A stretch of 64,000 nucleotides of DNA, from positions 23,250,001 through 23,314,000 of the forward strand of contig OZ024743.1 of NCBI GenBank assembly GCA_964016885.1, given 5' to 3'. Within the stretch, counting starts at the first letter, position 1. The number at the start of each line of letters is the position of its first letter. The notes under the pieces were generated by a model. That model saw nothing but the letters and a program-made list of their open reading frames with translations, searched no databases and was not told where the DNA came from. The DNA comes from Eledone cirrhosa. Its lineage: Eukaryota. Of this stretch, positions 13,373-27,030 are shown one piece after another. The translations under genes and the position numbers were made by a program.

Positions 13373-15199
13373 CGAAGAGGGAAGGAGGGAAATGTATGTT
13401 TACATATGTGTGAGCTGTCAGTGTATATAAGATTATATGTATATTTACACATCTAGATATGTATATCTCTTGCTATATTTTTCTATATATATAGTGGTTT
13501 ATATTTTTGTATATATGTGTATATATGTAATGGGCAACATTGAATACATGTTTGAATATATATATAGTAAGAAGTGGCCTCACCAGCTGGGCAGGCATGG
13601 CCAGTGATGAGAGTGGAGCAATATAAGAGCATGGCGAGAAATAGATAGCCCAGTTGATGATGCAATGATTGCCCTAGTGTTAAAGCAACACTGGAATGCA
13701 CCCAGTAAACTCTGTAAAATGGTGGGACTGGTACCTTGAAAAAATGCACCCAGTATGTACTATAAAATGGTTGGAGAAATGAAAGGCATCCAGCAGTAAA
13801 AACTATGCCAAACAGAAATGTATGAGCAGGACATGGTTACCTGACCTTTCTGGTCTCAGAACATGATAACCCTGCCAAACAATGCCAGCACGGAACATAG
13901 ATGTAAAACAGTGATGATAAGGATGATGACATAAATACATGAACACACATATTCAAAATTTATTCTTTCTAACACAGGTACAAGAGCAAAAATTTAAATA
14001 GGAATGGTAGTCAATTTAGTTATTAATTCTCCATAAGTTACTGGCAAATATTATATGAAGCTGGAAATGATAACAGCAAAGTTAATTTTGGGGAGAATTG
14101 AACTCTGTAACTAAATTACTGTAAGGTATTATGTTCTGCCAACCAAAAATACATTAAAGTATTTTCTTCATTTTTACCCAATGAAAATTTATTATCTAAA
14201 GAATAAAAAGATGTAATAGTAATTCTGAATTTGTACAACCAAATAAATAGAGAAACAAATAAGTAGTCACTTTAGACCTTTGGACACCAAATCACAGTAT
14301 TTAACAGCCCTGCATCTGCAATTTCTATTGAGTCTAATACATAGCTGTGCCTGATTATTGTACTTTGTGATATAATCAACTTCTATATTTTCCTAACATT
14401 CTTTACATATCTGTCTAACTTCTAATCAATCATGGCTAAGAATTTCTCGAAAAGGATTAGGTCACCTTAAAACTAGGTGAGTAGGGTTGAGACAACTGTT
14501 GGATCATATCTCTCCAATACTTATCTCTTTCTCTTTCCCCACTCTTCTCCCTCTCCCTCATACACACATAAGCACTCACAAAGTGTATGTTGGTATTCTA
14601 AAATTTTACAGTGCATTATTCAATATACCAAACAGTGTGAGGACTGAACTACTACTCAAGTAATTAATTGTTTCTACTTTTGGCACAAGGCCAGCAATTA
14701 CCCAGTACATTACTGGTACTTTATTTTATCGACCCCGTAAGGATGAAAGGCAAAGTTAACCTCGGCGGGATTTGATACCAGCTTGTCTACTTTGTATATG
14801 AGTTGTACCTAGCACAAATTTGTTTGGATATTATTAAGTAACTTTCTGTTAATTATGTTTAATCAATTGCGAAAGAGAATTAAGTGACTTCAGAGGAACT
14901 GTAATGAAAGCAAAACTAGTCCAACCCTCATTTCAAACTGCCAGTATAAAACAAAAGAAAAACTTCTGATCGTGTTTCATTGCAAGATTACTAAATACAT
15001 ATGTATGACAAACTCTGTGTGTGTATATATATATATATGATGATGATGACACATATATACATATATATATATATAGACATATATATATATACATATATAT
15101 ATAGACATATATATATATACATATATATATATGCAAAAGTTCTATTTAAATTGTTGGGATACAACAAGCAAATATTTTTATAACTGATATAAAGCACTC

Positions 15200-15254
15200 G
15201 ACAAGTATTTCAAGGATACCATGTTAAATTATGGTATGCCTTCATCAGACAAAA
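15200..15254 (-). ncRNA. Minimal hammerhead ribozyme motif (family B)
   Basis: Reverse complement CTGATGA-aggcataccat..atggtatcctt-GAAA-tactt-GTC; stem II is well paired, stem I weak. Confidence 0.55.
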
Positions 15255-15361
15255 TACAATATATACCAGTTTTATAAATAATGTCTGATGTCTTCCAAAA
15301 ATAACGGTCGCATTTTGAAAGGGTACGTCAATGTTTATTTATAAAACTGGTATATATTGTA

Positions 15362-15418
15362 TTTTGTCTGATGAAGGCATACCATAATTTAACATGGTAT
15401 CCTTGAAATATGTATAAT
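15362..15418 (+). ncRNA. Minimal hammerhead ribozyme motif (family B), mirror copy
   Basis: CTGATGA-aggcataccat..atggtatcctt-GAAA-tat-GTA; inverted arms 15207-15282 / 15333-15410. Confidence 0.55.
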
Positions 15419-15463
15419 GAAATAAATATGGTTTTATAAATATAGTTTCCATTTATTAATATC

Positions 15464-15502
<39 letters not shown>

Positions 15503-16203
15503 TCATCATCATCATCAACGTTTAACGTCTGTGTTCCACGCTTGCATGGGTTTGGATGGGGGTATTCCCACTTGAGGCAAGAGTGATTGTCTTGCTCGCA
15601 TAGGACTGTCTGGCAGGTTTTCTACAGTTGGATGCCCTTCCTAACACCAACCACATTTACAGTGTGGGTCTGGGAGGTTTTTACCGTGTTGCCTACACGG
15701 CCACATTACAGCGTGGACTGTGTGTTTTTTGTCGTGACACCTACACGATCTCATTTGTTTCGGCCTGGATGGTGTGGCACCAACATAACTTTACATAGAA
15801 GGGGGCGGTGTGGATGGGGTGGGGGTGGTGGGACGGGGGTGTATTTTGTTAGAGATGCCTACTGGCTGGAGTAGGTTTTACTTTGTATTTAGGTAAGGCG
15901 GGTCTTCTCTATTACTGAGTACCGCCAAAGGTCTCGGTCCAGTGACATTGTCTTGGTGAGGTGTAAGTGTGTGAGGTCGGAGTTTATCAGCTCGTCCCAG
16001 GTTTTTCTGGGTCTGCCTATTCCGTGGCTACCGTCTATCTTTATTGCCCTGCACTTTGTTATACAGCTATCGTCCTTCATGCGCATCACGTGACCATACC
16101 AACATAGCCTTCTCTCTAGTAAACAACATCTGATCCCTCTTATTTCTAATTTTTTCCTTAGTTCGTTTATGCTTTGTCGTTCACGTATATTACTATTACA
16201 CAT
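15503..16203 (-). mobile_element. RTE LINE 3' fragment
   Basis: ORF 15889-16245: ERRLCWYGHVMRM...GRPRKTW; 3' UTR and (GAT)n tail; near-identical to 20229-21053. Confidence 0.9.
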
Positions 16204-16224
16204 ATATATATATATATATATATA

Positions 16225-16516
16225 TAAATCATCATTCATCATCATTTCATTTTACGTCCGCTTTTTCCCTGCTTGCAAGGGTGGGACGGGAACTGATTCT
16301 GGCTTGATTTCTACAGCTGGATGCCCTTCCTAACACCAACCTCATTTACAGTGAGTGCTGGGTGCTTTTTTGCCGTGGCACCTCCACGACCACTTTGCAG
16401 TGGAATGATAGGAACCCCAGTGTCTATCATCTCATTTCTACAGCTGAGTAAACTGGAGCAATGTGAAATAAAGTGTCTTGCCCAAGGAAACAACACATCA
16501 CCCGGTCTGAGAATTG

Positions 16517-16520
<4 letters not shown>
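16225..16520 (-). mobile_element. SINE type 2 (CORE-like plus RTE tail)
   Basis: Reverse-complement match to 7118-7375. Confidence 0.75.
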
Positions 16521-16552
<32 letters not shown>

Positions 16553-16694
16553 ATACTTTGGGAGGGTCATGTTGCCAATAAGAAACACACGCACCAGTTG
16601 CTTTCACTTCAATTTATTATAATAAATTTATAAATTTAGGAATTTATAAATTTCCGGTTGGTTGGTTCCACAACCAGATGGTTGTTTATATATT

Positions 16695-16737
16695 GTCAAA
16701 GTTCTTTCGTCACACATTCTGTGACCTCTTCAGTGAC
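16695..16737 (-). ncRNA. Hammerhead ribozyme motif (family C)
   Basis: Exact reverse complement of 17111-17153. Confidence 0.7.
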
Positions 16738-17110
16738 TGGGGATTCTTTTCTTTGTTTTTTGTGCCTCTCCTTTGTTCTGTCCTACGCCATCTTGTTTTT
16801 GTGTGTGTGTTGTGTGCTTAGTTTGCATCCAGGTGTCTGTGTGTGTTTATATTCGTTTATTTATTTGTTTATTTACATGTTACTGGTTGGTTGTTTGTTC
16901 TATGTGCGTGTGTGTTTTCATTTTGTCCTTAATTGTAAGTTGTGATGTTGCTGTTCCACTCATGTTTTCTATTTAATTTAATTTTGGTTGTAATTTATTT
17001 ATGTTTAAACATAAATGAATTACAACCAAAATTAAATAGAAAACATGAGTGGAACAGCAACATCACAACTTACAAGGAGAGGCACAAAAAAACAAAGAAA
17101 AGAATCCCCA

Positions 17111-17153
17111 GTCACTGAAGAGGTCACAGAATGTGTGACGAAAGAACTTTGAC
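17111..17153 (+). ncRNA. Hammerhead ribozyme motif (family C)
   Basis: gtca-CTGAAGA-g-GTCACA gaatg TGTGAC-GAAA-gaa-CTT-tgac: stem I gtca/tgac, 6-bp stem II, minimal stem III, CUU site. Confidence 0.7.
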
Positions 17154-17509
17154 AATATATAAACAACCATCTGGTTGTGGAACCAACCAACCAACCGGAA
17201 ATTTATAAATTCCTAAATTTATAAATTTATTATAATAAATTGAAGTGAAAGCAACTGCTGCGTGTGTTTCTTATTGGCAACATGACCCTCCCAAAGTATA
17301 ACAATATCGGTTTCAACACACGTTTTCAGGTAAAGAATCTTGCTAAACAAATATATATATATAAATATATATATACATATATATATACATATATATATAC
17401 ATATATATATATACATATATATATACATATATATATAAATATATATATATACATATATATATATACATATATATATACATATATATATATACATATATAT
17501 ATACATGTA

Positions 17510-17541
<32 letters not shown>

Positions 17542-17764
17542 CACATATATATATACATATATATATATGTATATATATAATAATAAAGTATATATTCCTA
17601 CACGCAAAAAGCGTCCAGGGACACATGTATTGTCCAACCAAATGCCAATGTGGTTCAATGGCAGGTTAATAAATTAACGAGTCAGAACATATATAATCAA
17701 GGTTTAGCAAATAAGAAAAAATTTCAAAATAAATTTCAAAAAATTCACTGTACTCACTATGGTT

Positions 17765-17851
17765 ACCTTTACCGAATCGGTTTCGAGTCTCAAAAATAAA
17801 TGGACAGCCCTTGTGGCCTTCCATTGAAAAGATAAACTCTCGTCAGAAGGT
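17765..17851 (-). ncRNA. Type I hammerhead ribozyme (family D), mirror copy
   Basis: Reverse complement of 18055-18141; the few substitutions fall in the stem II loop. Confidence 0.8.
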
Positions 17852-18054
17852 TCTTTTCACTCAGAGAATATAAAATTCCCGAGTTCAAATTACGAACTGG
17901 CGCTATTCAAAATTGTTCCCGAGATGAGAATGAATGATGTGGAAGCAATTCTGTCCAGTGCCGTGTGTAAAGATAGAAGGTAGAGGCAGTCTACTACCAC
18001 TATAAATAGCAGCAGTCAAGAACTCGGGAATTTTATATTCTCCGAGTGAAAAGA

Positions 18055-18141
18055 ACCTTCTGACGAGAGTTTATCTTTTCAATAGAAGGCCGCAAGGACT
18101 GTCCATTTATTTTTGAGACTCGAAACCGATTCGGTAAAGGT
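18055..18141 (+). ncRNA. Type I hammerhead ribozyme (family D)
   Basis: ACCTT-CTGACGA-GAGTTT..AGACTC-GAAA-CCG att CG-GTA-AAGGT: 5-bp stem I, 6-bp stem II base, 4-bp stem III, GUA site. Confidence 0.85.
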
Positions 18142-18208
18142 AACCATAGTGAGTACAGTGAATTTTTTGAAATTTATTTTGAAATTTTTTCTTATTTGCT
18201 AAACCTTG

Positions 18209-18325
<117 letters not shown>

Positions 18326-18342
18326 ATATATATATATATATA

Positions 18343-18584
18343 TGAATGAGTTGAGGGAGAAGCTGGGTTTAAGAGGAATCCGAAGTAGTGTGTAGAAAAT
18401 AAGACTGCATTGGTATAGACATGTGATGCACATGGACAATGACCATTGAGTGAAGAAGTGCCAGGAAAAGCCAGTGGAAGGGAGCCACAGTAGAGGTAGA
18501 CCAAGAACAACCTAGACAGAGGTTGTGAGAGTTGATCTCAAATCATGCAAGTGTGGGAAAGTGGACGTAAAAATGATAATGATG

Positions 18585-18587
<3 letters not shown>
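18343..18587 (+). mobile_element. RTE LINE 3' fragment, decayed
   Basis: [26 protein letters not shown] pattern; (GAT)n tail. Confidence 0.75.
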
Positions 18588-18619
<32 letters not shown>

Positions 18620-18691
18620 AATTTAAATAAGTTTATGTTTTGAATTCCAAAACAAAGGGAGACTGTCAATGAGTTGTCTATATATCTATGT

Positions 18692-19210
18692 ATCATCATC
18701 ATCACCGTTTTACGTCCGTTCTTCCATGCTAGCATGGGTTAGACGGGTTGTCCTGTTGTGGGCAGTGTCCGGTTGGCTGACCTTGTCTTGCTCAAACTAG
18801 AACTGATTCTGGCTTGATTTCTACAGCTGGATGCCCTTCCTAACACCAACCTCATTTACAGTGAGTGCTTGGTGTCTTTTTCCTGTGATGCCTGCACGTC
18901 CACTTTACAGTGTGGGCTGCGTGCTTTTTTGCTGTGGCACCTCCACGACCACTTTGCAGTGGTGGGGGAGGGGGGCATATTGTCTATATGCTTCAGCTTC
19001 GGCTTGTACCCGTGGGAAGTCGGGTCATCTGTATTACTGCGTGACACCAGAGGTCACGGTCGTGTGTCATTGCCTTTGAGAGGTGCAATTGGTTAATGTC
19101 GGCTTTTTTCACCTCATCCGAGGTCTTCTTGGGTCTCTCCACGCCACAGCTTCCATCGATTTCTGGTGCTCTGCACCTTTTTAAGCAGCTGTCATTCTTC
19201 ATACGCATCC
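18692..19210 (-). mobile_element. RTE LINE 3' end
   Basis: ORF 18993-19208: MRMKNDSCLKRCRA..RPKKT..DRDLW; RTE 3' UTR and tail. Confidence 0.85.
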
Positions 19211-20058
19211 AGTCGCATTCCTACATTCCTAAATCCTTATATATGTATTAATGTTTCAAAGAAATTATGGCTCCATCTCCAGAATCAATATGGTCATAGG
19301 TCATATTAATAATGTATTGGTCACATGCTTAACAGTGGTCTTAAAGGATCGTGGGAGTCGTAAGAGATTGTGGATGCCTGATTTAAAATTTTTCAATGGT
19401 TGAAGCATGCCAGTTGTTGTAATTGGTTTCATGTATGCTGTATCTGGGTGTTAATGTTTAGTTTATATCCTAATATTAGTAGAGCATTGATAGCTGTTTG
19501 CTTAGTTTTGTGTGAAATTCTATAGAGAATATAGTGGTATTGAGTTATGTAATCTTATCTATTTTGTTTTATATGTAATATATTAAAATGTGTTCAGAAT
19601 TGCTGCATGTAAGCACTACACTTTCCCCATCAGTAAATTATGTACTTAGAAGGAGCCATCATATATATACATACACACATAGATACAAATACATACACAT
19701 ATATATATATATATATATAAGAAAAATAAAGGAAAAAAACACAGGAGAACAATACAGTACAATAATGATATATATCAGTTTAATGCTTGATATAGTAGGA
19801 TGAGAGTCTTAATGTTTTGGATGTTAGTCCTCCATCGAAAGATAAAAGGAGAGAGAGAGAGAAGAAATAGGAAAATAGACAACAAGAACAAGAAAAGAAA
19901 GTAAACACAAAAACATTTAGACAGAAGGAAAATACACCTGTGGTTATTCAGCCATTTCGGAAGGAGTCTCATATATTGAAGAGTTATGGAAGGGGAGATA
20001 AGCATCAAGGATTTAGGAATAAATGCATGTTGGAAAGCTATGAATTGTGTAATATATG

Positions 20059-20098
<40 letters not shown>

Positions 20099-20228
20099 TG
20101 TGCGTGCGTGTGTGCGTGTGTGTGCAAGTTGACTAACATAGGGAGGGACAGAGTCTGATCTTTTAGGTGTGGATGTAGGTGCTCCAGCATGGTCAGCTGT
20201 ATGTGTACACATACACAACAATATGTGT

Positions 20229-21053
20229 ACAGATACAAAGGCAGGCTGTATGATGTCTGCATACGAACAACAATGTTACATGGCAGTGAGACTTGGGCAT
20301 TATATGCAGAGGATATACGCAGACTGGAGAGGAACGAAGCTTGCATGCTCTGTTGGATGTGTAATAGTAATATACGTGAACGGCAAAGCATAAATGAACT
20401 AAGGGAGAAATTAGGAATAAGAGGAATCAGATGTTTACTCGAGAGAAGACTACATTGGTATGGTCACGTGATGTGCATGAAAGACGACAGCTGTATAAAA
20501 AAGTGCAGGGCGATAAAAATAGACAGTAGCCACGGAGTAGGCAGACCCAGAAAAACCTGGGACGACTTGATAAATTCTGACCTCACACACTTACACCTCT
20601 CCAAGACAATGTCACTGGACCGAGATCTTTGGCGCTACACAGTAATACAGAAGACCCACCTTGCCTAAGTACAAAGCGAAACCTACAGTCAGTAGGCATC
20701 TCTTAACAAAAATACACACCCGTCCCACTACCCCCACCCCATCCACACCACCCCTTTCGATGTAAAGTTATGTTGGTACCACAACATCCAGTCCGAAATA
20801 AATGAGGTTGTGTAGGTGTCACGACAAAAAGACACACAGTTCATGCTGTAATGTGGCCATGTAGGTAACACGGTAAAAACCTCTCAGTCCACACTGTAAA
20901 CGTGGTTGGTGTTAGGAAGGGCATCCAGCCGTAGAAAACCCGCCAGACAGTCCTATACGAGCAAGACAACCAATCTTGCCTCAAGTAGGAAAATTCCCGT
21001 CCAAACCCATGCAAGCGTGGAAGACGGACGTTAAACGATGATGATGATGATGA
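20229..21053 (+). mobile_element. RTE LINE 3' fragment
   Basis: ORF 20189-20668: KGRLYDVCIRTTMLHGSETW...RLHWYGHV...GRPRKTW; (GAT)n tail. Confidence 0.92.
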
Positions 21054-21059
21054 TACAAA

Positions 21060-22487
21060 CATGCGGAGGGATTTTTGATGATACAGAGAAAGAACATCTG
21101 TGGCAAATGCATTCAAACACCATGTTCGATGTCATGGGTATGGTCCAGGAGACAGAGATAAAAATAAGGTATCATATATGGCATGATAGTACAGCTACCA
21201 ACCAGCTGAACTCTGAAGGATAACAGTCAAGTCATGTATAGAGGAATAGTCAGCAAGTTCAGAATTAACAATGACTATAGTGTAGAATTTAGCATGCAGG
21301 TTAGGAGTCCACCAGGGCTCTGTTCTTAGCCCTCACCCATTTATTATCATCCTGCAGGCTATAACAGAGGAGTTTATGACTGACTGCCCATGGGAACTTC
21401 TGTATGCAATTGATCTAACACTTATTGCTGAATCTATGGCAGAATTAGAGAAGAAATTCCAAATCTGGAAGCATGGCTTAGAATCAAAGAATTAAAGTCA
21501 GCCTAACAAACACTAAGGTCCTAGTAAGTAGAAGGGAAAATAGGGCCTGATCCCCTCAGGGAAATCGCCTTGCTCAGTGTGCAGAAAAGGTATAGGTAGA
21601 AATTCCATCCTCTGTCCCAAATGCAAACTATAGGTACACAAGTGATGTTGTGGGATCTCAAGTAGTTCAGCTAAAAATGTAGGTTATGCATGTGGCCATT
21701 GCATAGGAACAGTAAGCAGGAAACAAGATCTATAATATTATTGGAGGGCTCAGTAGAAAACGTAGACAGCTTCTGCTACCTGGGTAATAAAATCAGCAGT
21801 GAAGGTAGGTCTTCCGAAAGTACAGTAGCCAGAGTGAGAAGAGGATGGGAAAAATTCAGGGAGCTACTACTGTTGCTAGTTACTAAAGGTTTTTTCCTCA
21901 AAATGAACTGAGAGAGAAACTGAGCATAAGGAGGATGAGATGCAGAGTGCAGGAGATGAGATTGTGTTGATATGGACATGTGATGCATATGAAGGTTGAC
22001 AGCTATATAAAAAGGTGCTGAGTGCTCAAAGTGCTGAGAAGCTATGGAGTAGGAAGACCTAAGAAGACTTGGAATGAGGTGATAAAAACTGAGCTTGCAC
22101 AATTGCACCTCTCAAGGAGGATGACACAGGACTGCGATCTCTGGAATTATGCAGTAATACAGGAGACCCACCTTATCCCATGCACAGACAGAAGCATACA
22201 TCTAGTATGCACCTTCACCTACACTCCGCCCCTCATCCACATCCCTAGATCTATCTCCCCAATTCCCATGCACCTAACCCACCCAAGTCCTTAGCCCACA
22301 CTATAAAATGGTCATAGGCATCATGGTAAAAAGCACCTAGTAAATGTGGTTGGCATTAAGAAGGGCATCCAGTCATAGAAACCAAGCCAGAACCAGTTCT
22401 GTATGAGCAAGATATGGTCACTTGATCTGACTCGTCTCATGATAGGACAACTCATCTAACCCATGGACATTAAATGGTGATGATGAT
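21060..22487 (+). mobile_element. RTE LINE, decayed RT through 3' tail
   Basis: HQGSVLSP, PWELLYA, a PHD remnant, VDSFCYLG and GRPKKTW across frameshifts; colinear with 33709-35665. Confidence 0.88.
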
Positions 22488-23321
22488 ATAACACACACAC
22501 ACACTCTCTTAAACTTATATATACACAGACTTATCCTCTTAGCTTCATATGGTCAAATAACAAATACATGCACACACATGTGTACACACGCTATAGACAA
22601 AACATTTATTTTTCCTTTTCAGCTAGACACGTTCAATCACCACCTTTTAAAACAAGATCAACTTATACAACAAAGCCAGAATCAACAGTTTTCCAAGAAA
22701 TGGTGACTTGAATATGAAGCGAAGTTAGCAAGTGTTGTTAGAGGTGGTATAACACGACAAAATAAATGGTTTCGTTTAAATATAAAATTTACTTCACTTC
22801 AGTGAATAAAGGAACAAAGAATAAGATTACTACAAATCATAAAGGTTGACGATGTTTTTGCTGTTATTTCGTTATGCTGAAATAGAGAGTGGCAAGATAT
22901 CATTCATTAGTCGTAGCAGCAAGGTAGTAGTCAAAACTCAGTGACAAGAGAAGGTGAGAGTCTGTAGGACCGGAGAGAGAGATATAGTCTGTAGAAAGTA
23001 AATGTTTTACATCGTTACTCTATCAGGAACTGCTCCGAACTCCCTGTTGCCTGGTCTAAGACAGGCTATTTATATCTGTCTCTTCCTCTGTCCCCTGCCT
23101 TGAGAACCAATGGGGTGACCTCAAGAGATTGCCCACGCATAGACTTGTTTATGCTGAAAAGGAGGTAACCCAGAATTTGACCATTAAGTGTCACCCAGGG
23201 GTCAAGGTGTGGACAGATTTCGCTACAAATAGACCTGTTTTTTCTCTAAAAATATTTTTTTTTATTTCTGCGACTGCCCACTCTCCTCTACCTTTCTATT
23301 TCTTCTTTAATTCCTCATTCT

Positions 23322-23360
23322 ATTTTCTGATGAAAGACTAGTGTCTGAAACGTTAAGACT
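23322..23360 (+). ncRNA. Minimal hammerhead motif (family A)
   Basis: CTGATGA-a-AGAC tagt GTCT-GAAA-CGTT-aaga. Confidence 0.6.
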
Positions 23361-24682
23361 CATTTCCTACTATATCAAGCATAAAACTAATAATATATTT
23401 ATTCATTCTACTGTGTCATTGCCTTGTTATTTCTGTTTGCCTTTTGCATATATATATATATATATATACAAACATATATTTAGATGTGTGTGTGTACATA
23501 TATATATATATAATAATTTTTTTTCTTCTGCCCCTATGTGTACACACAAGTTTCTAACTTGTTATCAGCAGTATTAGAATATGAAAGATATACAAAATGA
23601 GACCAAAGCTCCTTTTGAAAATGTATAAGGAGGTTGTAAGCTGATCAAGAAGTATATTCCTTCATATAATCCTGGTTTGCAATAATTGTACATGCAAAGG
23701 GTGGTGGATTGGCGGAATTGGTTAAGTGTTGGATAAAATGCCACTGTGATATTTGTTGTGGCTCTTTGCATTCTGAGTTCAAATCTCGCCATGGACAACT
23801 ATGGCTTTTATCATTCTATTGTTGAGAAAATCATATAACAGTCAAGTACTGCAGTTGATCTAATCAACTTTGTTCTTTGCTTAAATTTGCTGGCCTTGTG
23901 CCTAAATTAGAAATCAATAATTATAACATATATAAAATGAAATTGTTTTCTTTCTTTAATATCCATGATAGTACAAACACATGCAAAATGATGCAAAAGT
24001 ATCAGTATGTAAATGAACAGAAATTAAGAGCAAGCTATTTCTATATGACTTTATTTTATATGGAATTTGAAAAGCTCTCTCTGATTCTGGAAACAGTAAT
24101 GTTATAGTTTGATATTTATATTAGGTGATAATGGTAGTGCCATGATAAAATACACCTGGCACATGCCATGAAGGAATTGGCATTAGAAAGGACTATAGAA
24201 ACCATGCCATGAAGGGATTGGCATTAGGAAGGGCTATAGAAACCATGCAAGAATGGAACATACTGAGACATGGTCATCTGACCAGTCTAGTCTCAGAACA
24301 TGACAATACATCTAACCTAAGCAAGCATGGAAATATACATAAAATAATGATGAAGATGATGATGATTAGGCTCCAATGAGGAAGAAAGAAAACAGAACAG
24401 TAGGACAATGAACTCAATGCTATATAGTATTTGTTTGTTCCTTTCAGTTCCAAAATCAACTAATGCCAAGTTCAACTTCATATAGTTGTCATTGATAAAA
24501 TATGTGCCAGCTACACAACAGAGTTGATTCAGTTGACTACACATTTTACCTATATTAAATACACAGCCATATTGATAAATTAACTTACTCAATAGCATTT
24601 ATTGTATGATACTTGTTTAACCCTTTTATTAAACATGGAACTAACTATAAGCCACACCATCAAACCAAAAATTACATAAGCA

Positions 24683-24872
24683 ATAATTGTTTCTACATTT
24701 GGCACAAGGCCAGCAATTACCCAGTACATTACTGGTACTTTATTTTATCGACCCTGTAAGGATGAAAGGCAAAGTTAACCTCGGTGAGATTTGAACTCAG
24801 TCTGTAAAGGGACGTAACTATGCTAGAAAGCATGGCGTCCGACCCTCTACCGATACTGCCAACCCACCACCC
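24683..24872 (-). mobile_element. tRNA-derived SINE type 1, near full length
   Basis: Reverse complement: ggtgggttggcagtatcggtaga...gagttcaaatc...gcctttcatccttacagggtcgataaaataaagtaccag...gaaacaattatt. Confidence 0.85.
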
Positions 24873-26199
24873 ATTACATAACCAATAAAGCACAACCAAT
24901 AGATTATACAGAACTCATTGATTCTCAATTACTGCAAATCCTCTCCTTATGCACCCTAAGACATGGAGGCATAGACTATCTGGTACATACTTCATATCAT
25001 CTCTATAACATACACAGAGAGGAAATCCTTAAGCATCTGTCAGTCACCATCAAACCCACAGATTTGCTTTCATTGGTTCAATATTCATAACCGAGTAACC
25101 TAGATAACAGAACTTAATTCAATTTCCTGAATTATGCAATAATAGCTTCTACATGAACTTTACAGAAGTTATAAATGAAAGATTAATCTTGCGCTAACTA
25201 TGATACTGGTCTGTTATTGTTGTGTTTTGTTTTGTTTTTTCTCTTGTGGAAGAAATTGATCATTGCACTTTAAGCCAATGAGATATTTATCAATTGCCCA
25301 GTTCTCCCACTGCCTGCAGTAGTAAACTATATTTACTACAATGCATACATAAAACTAGGCAAATTCAGTTACTGAGAATGTCTTTGTCATGAATATGATA
25401 CAGTTATTGGGTATAAACTACTGAGCTCTCACCTGTTTATCCAGTATTCTATTGACTCAAAATATCTGTACTCTTCTATACTAGTCTAAAGGCAAAATAT
25501 ATCAAATTATTATAATGAAGATTCATTTCATAATTTACAGAAATTAAAATTCTGGTATCAAGTGAAACTTTTTTTGTTTGTTTGTGAGCAAACAGTATAT
25601 AATATATTTTCCAAACATCAGTCAGCTTGTTTACAAACATGGTAACTATATTTCAAAAGTTAATAAGGTTAGATTTGAACTCTTGACTTAAGTACCATCA
25701 ATCTCTAGCATCCCATGTTTAAGATATGGTAGGGTAGAATTGGTTTTCTAAGTTATTAAATGAGAATTTGAAATATATATATTTTTTTTAATTAATATTC
25801 ACATCATGTCTTCATATCTTAAAAAGCTGGGTTTGGGGGTTCTTTGTGCCAAATTCCAGGTTATTACATCTATTAATTACCTCTAAAACTATCATAATTT
25901 TTACTTAATATTCAGAGCTTTTCCAGTTGTAAGTTCAATCTTTGCAAAATCAAAATATTCTAGAAAGTATTGTTTTGTTTTGTAAGGGACAGGAACAACA
26001 GAGAGGTACCTATCATCTCAACTAACCAAGCTAATATAAAATATCAAGTCATTGGAGTCCGACTCCCACATTAAGTGGTTTTGAATTAGCACCATTTATC
26101 CAAACACAAATACATGGGCATTTGTATAGAGGCATCAGGGCAACAAGCTGACCATTGATCCCATATTTCTGCAGAATTGTCACCCCTCCTGTTCATTAT

Positions 26200-27030
26200 T
26201 TTCATGAACAGCTTGACATGTGCAGCTGAGTTGCAAGTGGGGTCATGATTGGCAGATGTAAAATTAATCGGCTGGAATTTACTGACGACATAGTATTACT
26301 TAACTTGTCAGAGGGTGATCTCCGACTTGCACTTGATAGGTTTAATGCTGAGTGCTGCATGGCTGGAATGAAAACCAGTGCTGCAAAATCTGAGACACTC
26401 GTCCTCTCCAGGAAACCTGTGTAGTGCACTCTACATGTAAATGGAGTTCCACTTAAGCAAGTATTTCGGGGCCATGTTCATGAGTGATGGAAGGCAGAAG
26501 GCTGAATTAAGTGCAAGAATTGCAGGAGCTGGTACAGTATGCATCTGCTTCAACATTCAGTAATCAGAAAAAGGGAGATAGATGTAAAAGCCAACCTTAC
26601 TATCTTCATTTCAGTATTTGAGCCAACCCTTACCTATGGTCATGAATCTTGGGTAATGACTGAAAGAATATGACTGCAAATACAAGCGGCTGAAATGAGG
26701 TTCTTCTGAAGGGTTTTTGGAGTAATGTTACTCAATAGGGTTCATAGCTTGGAGATCAATGAGTCACTTCAGGTAAAGCCGATACTATGGGCATATAGTT
26801 AGAATGTCTGAGCAAAGAATCATTGGACAGATTTTATGGACAAGATCAACTGGCAGGGGACCCAGGAGTAGAGCACAAGCAAGATGGTTGAATAACATCC
26901 ATGAGCTTGGCTGATCTTGCTTGGGGACCCAGCTGGATCAGTTGGTGACGGTTGCTTCTGACAGGACCTGCTGGAGAGTTTGAGGACCCTATTCCTACAA
27001 CCCTCTCAGGCATAAGTGGATGAAGAAAAA
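26200..27030 (+). mobile_element. Second RTE-clade (Rex3/Expander-like) LINE, decayed RT
   Basis: LEFTDDIVLL (YADD motif), GMKTSAAKSETLVL, PTLTYGHESWVMTERI..IQAAEMRF. Confidence 0.8.

Larger units (their letters stand above)
16547..17348. mobile_element. Fold-back Penelope-like pseudo-LTR with two hammerheads (family C)
   Basis: Long inverted repeat centred near 17006, with a deletion in the right arm; flanked by (TA)n; homologous unit at 28756-29315. Confidence 0.75.

Noticed and set aside
13246-13456. ER/SL-repeat ORFs
   Set aside because: Translation of a (GA)n microsatellite.
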